NCBI GenBank assembly: GCA_009602725.1
Contig: WELB01000021.1
Location: 940,634-1,004,633 of the forward strand
From: Spirogloea muscicola
Taxonomy: Eukaryota
Length of the DNA: 64,000 nt
Direction of reading: 5' to 3'
The position numbers were made by a program, and so were the translations under genes. The notes under the pieces are model-generated. The model saw only the letters and a program-made list of their open reading frames with translations. It searched no databases and was not told where the DNA came from. Below, in pieces: positions 51,976-63,320 of the stretch. Position 1 is the stretch's first letter. Each line of letters begins with the position of its first letter.

Positions 51976-53029
51976 TGCGAAAGCGTCAGGCAACCCAGGC
52001 AGTCCGCGAATTCACGGGAAAGAGGAGAATGACTCTTCCAGCAGAGGCGATCGCTGGTTGGCCAGCCCAGAAAGAAAAGAAACCACAGGCTCGCGACTCC
52101 GTTGCAGCAGTCGGGGTGCGCCGCGTGGCGGCTCCAGGACGAGCGGCTCAGCACCGCAACGCCCCGTGCAGTCAACGGCGGTGGGCGGGCCCACCCCTCC
52201 CCCTCCCTCCCCCCCCANCCGGCAATGAGCCCCTGCGGCCTTGGTCACCGAGTCGTGTTCTGTTTACCCGGGCCACCTCGAGCAGCTGCGGCCACGTCCC
52301 GGCAAGCTCGTCGGGTCCTTGAGCTCCTCCCACGGGCAGTGCACAGCTGGCGAGTGTCTGAAGCTGGGGTCATTCCGAAGGGACTGGTACCTCTTCCGCA
52401 TCTGCAGGCCAGGCGACGGCCGGTCCCCTGACCGCTCGGAGTGGCAGATGAGGAGCTCACGCTCTTTATTGGGCGGGCTTTCGGGGAAGTCAACTGGCGC
52501 CCCACACTCTCCTTGTCCTGCCAACTGAGCTGAACCAGGTAACTGTGTCCCTCTCTGTTGGCTCAGGACATTTTGCCACAGTCGATAGCCGAAAGGACCA
52601 ACTCTGACCAACATCACACAAGTTACTAAGTGATAGGGCCACGACCTTTACAACATCAGTGGACGAGATCACATCGAAAGTGTGCCTATTGCCTTGTATT
52701 GACACCATCCAACAAGAGTATTGGCATCACCATCTCCCTGCTTTGGTCATTCACTCCTCACAATTCGAGTGGCAATGGATCATGCTTGTTTGACTATCTC
52801 TTCATGAGGTGAATTCAACCCGCTCATCTGACTGCAAGAGGCAAGGTTACATTGAAAACGCTCCTGATATGCCAGTCACTCTCACTAGCCGGAATTCTAA
52901 TGGCCGGGTAGTTACTCCAGAATGCTCAGGACCAACTTGACAGGATGGACAGAGTCGCCTGATTGCAAGAGGCACTGGCTGGCTGGGGTTGTTACGGTCC
53001 TTGACAAAGTTTGGCAGATGCATTATGTG

Positions 53030-54330
53030 TTGCAGATGCAGGCTGAGGCAGGCCAAAGACAACCATTGGAGTGCCTGCTCTGCGATGTCTTGCAGGAACG
53101 CTTTGACAACATAGAGGTACCTATGGAAGGATCGTGGGTGTGGAAGCTTATTCTCGAGCCCAATGACTCGGAGATTATCGGAGTCCTTCGCAGAAGATCC
53201 ACGAGCACGCTCACCCTTAATGAGAGAAGGCTGTTTCCGGGAAAAAATGTGCATGATCGGCACCCTAGAGAAATTGGATGCATTGGAGGCATGTGCAGTC
53301 ACACCACACATGCACACGTGCACATTGACACTGGTAGGAACTCTCCACTGGGCTGTGGGACACCTCAGAGCACGGAAGCCATGGAAGGATAGCTTGTTAT
53401 TGTGTAAGGTTGTGGGAACAACCTGGCTCATAACAAATTGTCCGTAAGAATTGCAAGTGCTAAATTGTACATATGTATGTAAGCTAGGAAGCCTACAACC
53501 AGGTGCTGCTTGTCTCTACCCCCTAGACCGGATCAATCTTCCTGACACTTCTGACAAGTGCACAGTATGACTCGAATGAGGCCGTGAAACAGGTCGCTGG
53601 TGCAACGGGGGCCACGTCTGGTACTTGTTCAGCCCACTCAGTACCAACATGCAAAAAGGAAAAGTAGAAGTTGAAAGAACAGTTTGAACGATTGGGGATT
53701 GGAAGCAAGACGGAGCCAGTATTGCAGTAATTGACAACAATAAGGTGGTGATTGGGAGGAAGACTTTTCACACATTCGGATTCGCTAAAACAATACACAC
53801 AAGATGGAAGTTGGTGCAGTATGTTAAGGTGGAGGTCACCATCGAGGGTCAGCAAGATTATGTACCTTCTTGCTAAATTGCTTTTAGGCATTTGACTGGA
53901 TTGTTGACATACTGTCAATCTAAAACCTCAAAAAGTATTAACAGTCTGTCCACATGCTGGTTAACTCAAGCACCAGCAAAGTAAATGCAGTATCTCAGAA
54001 AGTATATGCTGTACGTATGGTGCACAGCGTCCTTGAAAATGTGATGCATGTGATGCATGTGGTGGTGATTGGCTGACCAAGGCTCTCCACATTGTCTACA
54101 ATCTCCACTGCGCAGCTCACCACAGCATTCTGCAAGGTCTTCGAGAGGACAGAGAATGCGACCGAAAGGACTGAGCAAGCCCAACCACATCGTCTAGAAA
54201 GCTTGATGCCCAGACCAAGCCATGTTGGAGCAGAGTCAACGCAAGCAGCCACACAGTGTGTCAACAAGGCAGCAAGTAAAGGGAAAGCTGCATGTTGAGG
54301 AAGCAGCTGCGTGATCAGACGTGGACTTGG
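53030..54330 (+). pseudogene. NAC-like pseudogene copy 6
   Basis: ECLLC..WKLILEPNDSEIIGVLRRR..HPREIG; exon 2 GHVWYLFSP..ERTV*TIGDWKQDG..VVIGRKTFHTF..TRWKLVQY (TGA 53685-53687); exon 3 LTTAFCKVF; shares a 3' donor and downstream exon with copies 3 and 4. Confidence 0.88.
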
Positions 54331-55165
54331 TGAGCCAGTTACTTTACTGCAGCTAAACGTCTCTGGACGTGCTTGCAGGTCTCCTGTTTAATGCAAGCTG
54401 TGTCCAGGTCTTCGCTCCACTTGATGCAGCCAATAAAAGATTGAAAAGCTGCAGGAAGCGTCTGTAGCTGCGGGCGCTGATGTGTGTGTTCGGCTCTTGA
54501 AAGTTTCACAAATACCCGATAGTGTATCTTTTCTTGCATTTGCCTTCTCTCGGATGTCTTACATAAGCTTGTACAAGGTTTCTGCCTTTCTGGTAGCTAG
54601 ATATTTGATGGTACAGCACTGACATCTACAAAGGAGTTGTTGTCTAAAAACCAGGACACTGTGCTTATGGGTGTTTCTATGACTCCCGATGGCAGTGTCG
54701 CACCTAAGGTACTCTATCCACATTGCTTGAGCAACAAAGTGAGAGAATCTTATATGCACAAGCCCAACTATGTACAGCCCGACTATGTACATGTCTATCC
54801 ACTGTCTTGGCCCATGCTTTAGAGGTGCTATCTGGCGGGTCTTTGGTCTGTCAGGTTGTATTGAGATTGGTTATCACCCGCAAAGTACAGACAAGTGGCA
54901 GGATGAGTACTAAGCATCATGCAAGCTCAACTGACGATCTAAGAAGCAGAATCAACCTTACAGCAGAACCTGGCTACTAAGTCGGTGCTGAAGTTTGCAC
55001 ATGCAGGTTCCAAGTAGAGAACCTTCAGGAGTTGATGGGGCTCACAGCAATGAAGATGAGGAAAGGAAAAACATATCAAAGCTAACAAAACCTCAGCACC
55101 TGTACTTTCTTCAATATCATAGTACCTTGCTACAGATTGAAGACTGACTGACTTGCGTCAAATAG

Positions 55166-56290
55166 TTGGCCGAACATCATCTCTACAACTATTGCGGATG
55201 TCTCGCTTGTTGCAGGTGCAGCCAGAGTCAGAAACAGCCTTATGGCCCAGATATGGAGTCCCTGCGCTGCCACCATGTTTATCCAGGCCTTCAACGAAAC
55301 GTGGCCAACAGTGGGATACCTCTGGGTAGCTCGTGGAGACTCACGTTTGAACCCACTGATGTTGAGGCAATATTTTACTGAGGAGAAAAGTTGACCCGCA
55401 CGCACAGCTTACTGTGGAGGAGATGGCGTTGATTCCCCAGGTAGATGTTCATGCCGGAGAGCCTGCAAACATTGGAGGTATGCACAGTGTCCTTCCGCGA
55501 GAATCAACCAGTTGAATCTCCTGTGCTGCTGTTAGAGTACTGACCAATAATGCGTAGCGTATTCTCTCAAAGACCTTGCAGTGCTGGCTCATATAAGTAC
55601 TGACCTTGACCCCCACAAGTTGATGAGTCAGGGATGATAGGTGCCTGCTATCAAGAACATAGTGCTTTGTCCCCATTTGTAGCACAGCTTTCAACATCAA
55701 CTTTGTGACTGACAAGAAACATCATGCTCGATGACAAACAGGTCAGGATTGTCTTGGGGGCCATCCCTGGCATGTCTTCAGCCCTTTGAGGAGTACAGAA
55801 GGAGGCGACTTTGGCTGGATGTTGGGTAAGACAGGGAGATGGATGGATCAGGACGATTCGTTTTATCTTATTCTTGACCACGAGCATAAAAACATTGGGA
55901 GTAGGAGCAGTCTTCAGTACTACAATGGACAGCACTTGACAAATTGGAGGATGTGGCAGTACGTTGTGTGGAGGCCAGGTTGGAACGGATGTTCTGAAGC
56001 AGATGTAGGTCTCAGCTGCTCTGAAATGCCTACGACAATGACCGCCTCCTTGCCGAGTATGCATGGACATTACAACAGCCTCATTTGCGTGCATGTTCAG
56101 GCTTTCGCACGGCAAGAACCTGCACAGTGCAGGTGTCAGTTCCTCATTTTTGTTGTCTGTGATGCCTCAATCTGCAGCGTCTTGTCGTGCATGCTGATTA
56201 CGAAGCTAGGCTGACACTCTCACTGTCTACCACTCCCACTGTGCAGCTCACCTTAGCACTGTGCAAGGTGTTTGATGGGACCCAGCATCT
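55166..56290 (+). pseudogene. NAC-like pseudogene copy 7 (close paralogue of copy 2)
   Basis: WRLTFEPTDVEAIF(frameshift)LRRK..IPQVDV..EPANIG|GT; GGHPWHVFSP..GRWMDQ..NIGSRSSLQYY..TNWRMWQY; exon 3 LTLALCKVF. Confidence 0.88.
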
Positions 56291-57299
56291 TCACCAGCAT
56301 AATCTGGCACCCACATTGACTGGTTTGCATTCCTGGACCTAGACGGAGTGGATCTAGGAAAACTGGGCACCGATTATAAAGCTATTTGACACCTCATGAC
56401 GGACGTCTGGGAGAATGTGAGAGACATCTCTCCCGCTACCTTATTCGGCTGTTTGGTTGATGGCTGTAACAAATTGAGGCAGCGAGTGACAGAGATCAGC
56501 AGATTGCAAGGTCTGATGGCATTCGACGTTGAGGGCATTTGGGGCAATACTCAGAATGACCTGGCAGAGCGATTAGCTTCCTGGTGATTGTACTATGGCT
56601 CGCTTATGTGAGTACGTGGGGTAAACAGAATACCTGTCTGACATACATCGAGAAGAAACTGTGTTTCAGTTACTGGTGAGTTTCAGACGAGATTAAATTA
56701 TGAAACATGGTGTTGCTGTACAAACTACCATCAATTGCAGACATCCGCAGATACGGAGGTCTCTTCTTACAAACCGGGGGAAACTGGGGCAATAACACCG
56801 GTTGAGGCCACAGCCTATCTACGAGCCCCTGCCCATCAGCGTATGAAGGACTCGATTTGCAGCAAAATGATCATAGCATTTCAGGTGCAGCAGCTCAAGG
56901 ATGGCAATGCAAAGCGGTGTCATCATTGGAGCAAGGGAGAGTGCATTGTATCTGGCCAACTAGGGCCTTTAGGAAACACCAACGGCAGCCTTGCTAGGCA
57001 AAGGAAAGTGCTCAGACCCTCACAGGCTGCCAAACATTGCAGCACCGGAGGCTGACTACCAATGCCTCGTCCCAGGGGCGGCTGGCGGAGCAAGATTGAC
57101 AGTATTAGGCCCTAATTGGCACCCTGTGAAGCCTCCACATGAAGGCTCCACCATTAACACAGCAATTGGTCGCTGCAGATTCCCAAGGATGTCTTTCACC
57201 TCTAGGCAGTACGGGCATTTGATGTTCCTGGCAGCGTATGCCCCAGCTTACCTGGGACATGTGCTGCTTAGCTAGCCGCCACTCCTAGAAGAAGCAAGC

Positions 57300-58963
57300 T
57301 GAGTTTCCTGTCACTTGCATGACTGTGCCGCTTCATGTGTCTCCTGTACGCCCACCAAGCGCTTATTCCCATAGTGAATTTGTCGCTGAACGTTATCAAT
57401 GGTCATGCCACAGGATGACGTTAGCCTGTGGTCATGCCACAGGCTGGCGTCGTCCTGCTCTCATCGAGTCTTCGAACGAATCAGGGCTGCTATTACCCCT
57501 CCTCTACTTTCCATTGCTTTATCTGCACCCACAGCCCTGCCAAAAGTCACAAAGGTGTTGTGCACAGCTGTGCAATGCAGAATTCATGAGGCAGGACTTC
57601 GTATACATCTGAGTGTCACTCACATCTTGCAACCAGTTTCGCTCAAGATTGCGGTCCCTAGGCCGACTGCTTGCTTCCTTCTATGTGAACCTAACCGGTC
57701 CTCTCATGGCCACCGTGAAGATCATGGCAGATGACTACCTGGGATCGCTCTGCAGGACAACTGCAGCGCTACCAAGGGACGAAGACTGTGCATATCGCTA
57801 CATAGTTTAAGAGCACCCCACTGGACTAAGCACTTGCCTGCAGCAAGCCGGCTCTCACCACTGCAGCTATTCGGCCCTTCTCACGTCCTCCGCCTAGGGC
57901 TGCTCATACTGCACCTACAGCCCTGCCAAGAGCCACTGATTGCTGTATTCAGTAGCCCATCACATGAACGATTTGCGAAGTCTCAGGTGCAGTGCGCGGG
58001 TATCTTAAGTCTCTGCTCCCACACACTAAGCCACCCCCAACATTGCATCTCGCAAACAGAACAGTGCAGGCAAATACACATCTGCATTAGTCGTAGATGG
58101 GACGTCCGATCACAAGGAAGAGTTAAGGGCCAGCAGACCACATGATGATCCTGTCCCTGTCGTGATATAGTCTGGAATAAATATGTCTCGTCATTATGCA
58201 TGACATTTCATCATATTTTGCTGCTGTCATGATTGTCGTGAGTTGCCGTCATCGACGTCCCAATACTACGGAGCTTTTCGTCCATGTCTTTTTTGTCACC
58301 TTTGTGGGGCTTGTTGTCTCACCTGAAGTTTGCATCAGCCCAGGGTCCATGCTCTTCCCCTCGTCCTTGACCATGACATCCATGGCCCTGTCAATTCTAC
58401 AACACCCTCTGGCCCTCCAAGTTGCTGCAATGTTGCAGCTCCTACCTGCAGGTAGGAATCAAAGTATTCCTCAAACTTAGCAGCACGCGGCTGACACCTT
58501 GCCCTATACAGCACGAAAGAGGCCACATGGCATTTCATGTCAATTTGACCTGCACCTTATGGAATCTTGTTTGTGAACTTCTTCTGCAAGGTGGCTACAT
58601 CGCTCAGGCGGCTGTGGTCTGTCTGCTGGGCAGTGGCCGCTGCTTCCCAGAGCCTGTGGCCTGCTTTATTGTTTGCGCAGACCACCTGCTGCTCCTTCTT
58701 GCAGAGGAGCATGTTTTGCAACCTTCCTGCTGCCTCCAGGTCCTGTGTACATCAAACTTGTCTGAGAACATTGCTTGGCAGCGCCCAGGGTAGAGGAAAT
58801 TGTTGCAGAGGCCCTCCAGATTGTAGCAGACGCCAACTAGATTGGACCTGACCTGCTGCGGATACTGGAAGTCGCATTTGTGGGACTCAGCATAGAGGGA
58901 CACATTCCCGTCACGGTGGAGCAAGGATTGGGGATGTTGTGAGCTGGTGTTTGAGCAAAACAA
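57300..58963 (-). pseudogene. Decayed copy of unidentified 'family X'
   Basis: MFSDKFDVH..RCQPRAA matches MFSDKVDGH..RCQPCAA at 18.9-19.3 kb; internal duplication ctgcacc.acagccctgccaa at ~57520 and ~57910. Confidence 0.5.
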
Positions 58964-59379
58964 GCATCAGGCTGGTTAGCAAGAAGCAAGCGCGGCCAGA
59001 TTATTTGGTGGCTGGTTAGCAGGCAAGACAAGGCTGCCGACTGAGCGCCGTTCGAGACCTGCCAGGCCCCTAAGCTCGAGGGCTCCTGGAGGTGAGGGCA
59101 CTAGGGTGGTATGCTTGGCTCGAGCGAAACAAGAGAAGCCACACCGGGCATGCCACGCTCCGACACGCAGAGACGGAGTAGGAGCAGCGGCAGGCGCAGG
59201 TGCAGGAGAGATGGTGAGGGCGTGGCAGTGATGGTCGTCACCACGTGCTTGCAAGGCGCAGGCGTGGGGAGCGGGAAGCTGTGGTCGCGAGGTCGTGCGC
59301 CTGAAGCTGCCCCTCTCCGCCGAGCTTCACCGCGTCCGTCCCATCGAGAAAAGGGAACGACGCTCCAGGAGGGGGCGGT

Positions 59380-62300
59380 GGCTGGGAGAGGCCATCCCAG
59401 GAAAAGGAATGAACAAAGTTCGAAGGGGCCAGAGAAAGCTCTAAAGCACACGGTGACTCAAGTAACCACGAAGCACTCGGTAATCCCTGCTGAGCAGCAA
59501 ACACTGTATCCTACTCCCTACATCGGCGTCGACCGCAGGGCACGCGGTCGGCCTGGCGGCCCGTGCAAATGAAGTGCTCGCCCTGATAGAAGAGGGGCTA
59601 GCAAAGACAGCCCACAAAAAAGCATGGACAATGTCCAAATCCAAAGAAAGAGGTGCCGAATAAGGACTGAACTACAAAACACGAGATGATGCAGAGGGAA
59701 GCTCAGTACCCGCGAGTGAGCAACATCAAGTCAGAGTAGCTCGCTGCGGAGGCGAGGAGCGCAAGTCCGCGGACCACCCTGCTGGTGATGAATCCGCGGC
59801 CTGGCGATTGACATACGCGGGACTTTCGGCAGTCGCTGGCTGAATCTCCTCCGCGGCTCTGGCCAGAGGACCCACTTCCAGGAGCCTAGCTTCTCTGACC
59901 TGAGGCTGCTTAGCACGGGTTACTGAGTCATACGTAGCTGCTTTGTTTTTTTGTTGTGCTTGCTTTCTTAGCGCTTCCCCTGGCCCCCTTCTCGTACTTT
60001 GTTCCTTCTTTTTTGGGCTGGCTTTTCCAGCCCCGGGGCGAGCACTTCCCCCTTTTCCAGCCCCTATCCTCAATGGCCGAGCCCTTTCTCCTCCAGCGGC
60101 TTGCCCGTCAGCCCATTGACCGGCGGCCGGGTGAGCCAGGGGCGCTCTCGGCTCGCTAGCGCAGGTATTCCGCATGCGGCTGGCGGTCTCATTCCAGCGA
60201 TTCCTGGCTCACGCAGTCCACACGCGGGCAGGCCATGCGAAAGAAAGTGCTCGTCGCCAATAGAGAAGAGGGGCTGGCAAAGCCAGCTTGAAAAGAATTG
60301 ACAGTGTCCAAAGCCAAAGAAAGGCAAGCGCGGCCAGATTAACTGGTGGCTGGGAGAGGCCAGCCCAAAGGAATGGACAAGGTCTGAAGGAGCCGTAGTG
60401 CTAAGGACTACGGACAAAGAAAGAGGTGCCGAAAAAGGACTACACCTCAAAACACTACAAAAAACACAAGACGATGCAAAGGGAGCTCAGTTCCCGCGGG
60501 TGAGCAACATCAGGTCGGAGTAGCTCGCTGCAGGGAAATGAGGCACTCCGCCGAGACCCAGAGGCGGCAGCTATAGCACGGCCTGTGCGCGCGTGGACGG
60601 CGTAGGCAAGGGAGCGTTGAAACGATACTGCCAGGCGCATACGAAAGACTTGGGCGAGCAACCCGGGGGCGTAGAAGCAAGAAAGTGCTCGCCAATAGAG
60701 AAGAGGGGCTGGCAAAGCCTGCCCAAAAAGAATGGACAATGTCCAAAGCCAAAGAAAGAGGAGCCGGAAAAAGGACTACACTACAAAACACCGCAATACA
60801 CATAGACGATGCAGAGGGAAGCTCAGTACCCACAAGTGAGCAACATCAGGTCTGAGTAGCTCGCTGCAGGGAAAGAGGCACTCCGCCGAGACCCAGAGGC
60901 GGCGGCCATAGCACGGCTTGCTCGCGTGTGGACAGCGTGGGCAAGGGAGCGATACCGCCAGGCGCATGCGGAAGACTTGGGCGAGCGAACCGGCGGCGTT
61001 GAAGCCTGGCAGCGCCCCTGGCAGACCCGGCCGCCGGTCAATGGCCTGACAGACAAGCCGCTGGAGGAGATCCAGCCAACGGCTGCCGAAAGCCCCGTGT
61101 ACATCTACCGCCAGGGCCGCGAATTCATCACCAACCGGTTGATCGGCATATTTTCGCTCCTTGCCCAGGGCCGCCTGGCCGACCGCATGCCCTGCGAACG
61201 ACGCCGATCTGGTGGGATTGGCGGAGTCGATGCAGTCAGTTGTCACCACATCGGCGATAATGCGGGGACCGCCGCCGGGCGGGAGATGGCGACCAGGTTG
61301 GCTCGTCGAGTATGGTGCTGGCCGTCCGAGCCCAGCGGGATGGGCATTATTGAGTTTCCACAGCCACCTTAAAGCCCGCCTCCATGAACACCCATGCTAT
61401 GGCTGCCGCGTCTGGGTCTCGGCGGAGTGCCTCATTCCCAGCTTCGAGTTACTCAGACTTGCTGTTACGCGTGGGTACGTAGCTTCCTTCCTATCTAGTA
61501 TCAGGCATCGACTAGCGACCTTTATGTTCTGACCCGTGGTTATTGAGCGGGTCAATCTGCTGGAGGTCACGTAGGTTTCAGATATGCTTGGCTATGTACT
61601 TGGCCATTTAGCCTTCGTTTGTTTCAAAGACGCGAAATTTTTTTAGCATCGTCTCGTGTCTAGTTGTGTAGTTTTCTTTCTCGGCACCATTTTAGGTTTG
61701 GATCTTTTTGGCTGGCTTTGTCAGCCCCTCTTCTCTATGGGCGAGCACTTCTCTCAAGCTTCGAGCTTCTGATAATGAAAAAATTCCCTTGTCCATTCCT
61801 TCGGGCTGGCCTCTCACAGCCACCAGTCAATCTGGCCGCGCTTTCTTCTCCTCAGAAAGAGAAGAAGAAGTGGCTCTCCCAATGGGGGCAAGGGCTGTGA
61901 GAAGCCAGCCCGAAAAGAATTGACAAGGTTTGAAGGGGCCAAATTACGAGCTAAGCAGCGACTAAGGGGCCTGAAGAGGCTATGGCAGAACGGGGGGGGA
62001 TGGACCACTCAGTAGTTACGAGTGAGGAGCCTCAAATTCGACAGACTAGCTGCCAGAAAACTATCCACCTGACGAAAGCCGGAGGCCGCAGCAAGAGCAC
62101 GGCCAGCACGCATATGCAAGGCGTGGGCCATGGACCGCTGAAGGGAGACGGACAATCGCATACGATATACCTGAGCCCACGAGCCAGCGGCGTTGAAGTC
62201 AGAAAAGGTAGTGCCAGGAGCCAGCGACCGGAGGCCGTGTGTCAGCAGCTAATGACCCTGGGGGGCGGCACCGTGGGCGCGGCCTGGGGCGCCCTCCACT

Positions 62301-62690
62301 TTTTTTTGGGCTGGCTTTGCCAGCCCCACTTCTCTATGGGCGCGCACTTCTTCTTGCCCTGGCAAAGCTGGGCCCAACAGCGAGCCGTCGCGGCGCACCG
62401 TGAGCCAATCTGCCGCGAGCACGTTTCCCCGGCCAAAAAACGCCGGGAAAGCCCCGTTTCTCGGCGGTGCTGGCTGGGTCGGCGGCCGCCCGGTGGCGCC
62501 CGGCCCGCGTGGCGGCGACGCCGTTGCGCGCGCGAAGGAGTCGCTAAACTGGCTGCTCTGGCTCTCGCCCACTCAGCTCATCTGACTTCCTCCTGCTGAC
62601 ATGGGGTACTAAGAGCGCCATGTCTGCCTAGCCTGGCTGTGGCTTCGCCACTATAGTCATGGACGTCCTCTGTATAAACCTGGCTGGCTT
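59380..62690. mobile_element. Large nest of truncated non-LTR elements in both orientations
   Basis: 60681-61390 nearly identical to 8021-8460 + 8830-9080 (without the LTR); further LLTRGY*/LLSTGY*/LTRNY*/LTWGY* ends and hairpin modules at ~59600, 60015, 60270, 61720, 61890, 62308. Confidence 0.88.
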
Positions 62691-62949
62691 ATGAAGCCGC
62701 TCTATTGTTGACAGCAGCCGTTTCCTTTCCATTTGGGATACCAATCTCCATTGGGATAGCCACTTTCTGGCACGCCGCTTAGTCTGCGCTAACTCCCGAT
62801 CCTTGGCCGGCGGCCGCGAGCGCGGGATTGCGGAGGCGCGCGCCCTGCGCTGCTGTGATCGATTGTCACCCCGTTTGCCAGGAATATATTCGTGTCCAAA
62901 TAGTTAGGGGTTGCAGCAACAATTGAAGCAAGGTGTGTGTAGTCGTACT

Positions 62950-63320
62950 TCAATGGTTGAGCAGCCTGCTTGGCGTCAGACAACACTGCTTATCTTCATC
63001 TTGCTTTCCTGCCCGAGAAGTAGCAACTGCAGCTAGTTTAGCTTTGTTGATGGCATCAGCTTGACAGCTGGCTAACTCTTTTACAGCTGGTCCAGGTGCT
63101 TCTGCAGTCTGTCGAATTGAGATTCTTCCTTTCTCGAGAAGTGAGTAGAAGAAGATTCTGGAGCTGAGCAGGAAAATTATTGGGATTTTCATCCAGCATT
63201 GCAATTCGACATGACCCGACCTTCCGCAATAAGAACAAGTCGCTCCAAACGTCTGATGCAAGGCAATGCAATGTCACTTCATGGGACCTGTCTTACCACA
63301 AGTGCGGCAAGTCACAACAG
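62950..63320 (-). mobile_element. Decayed gag-like region with two CCHC zinc knuckles
   Basis: TCRTCGKTGPMK*HC and TCSYCGRSGHVELQCW. Confidence 0.6.

Noticed and set aside
56340..57280. Coding-like stretch after NAC copy 7
   Set aside because: Short broken ORFs with no recognisable motif or paralogue in the window
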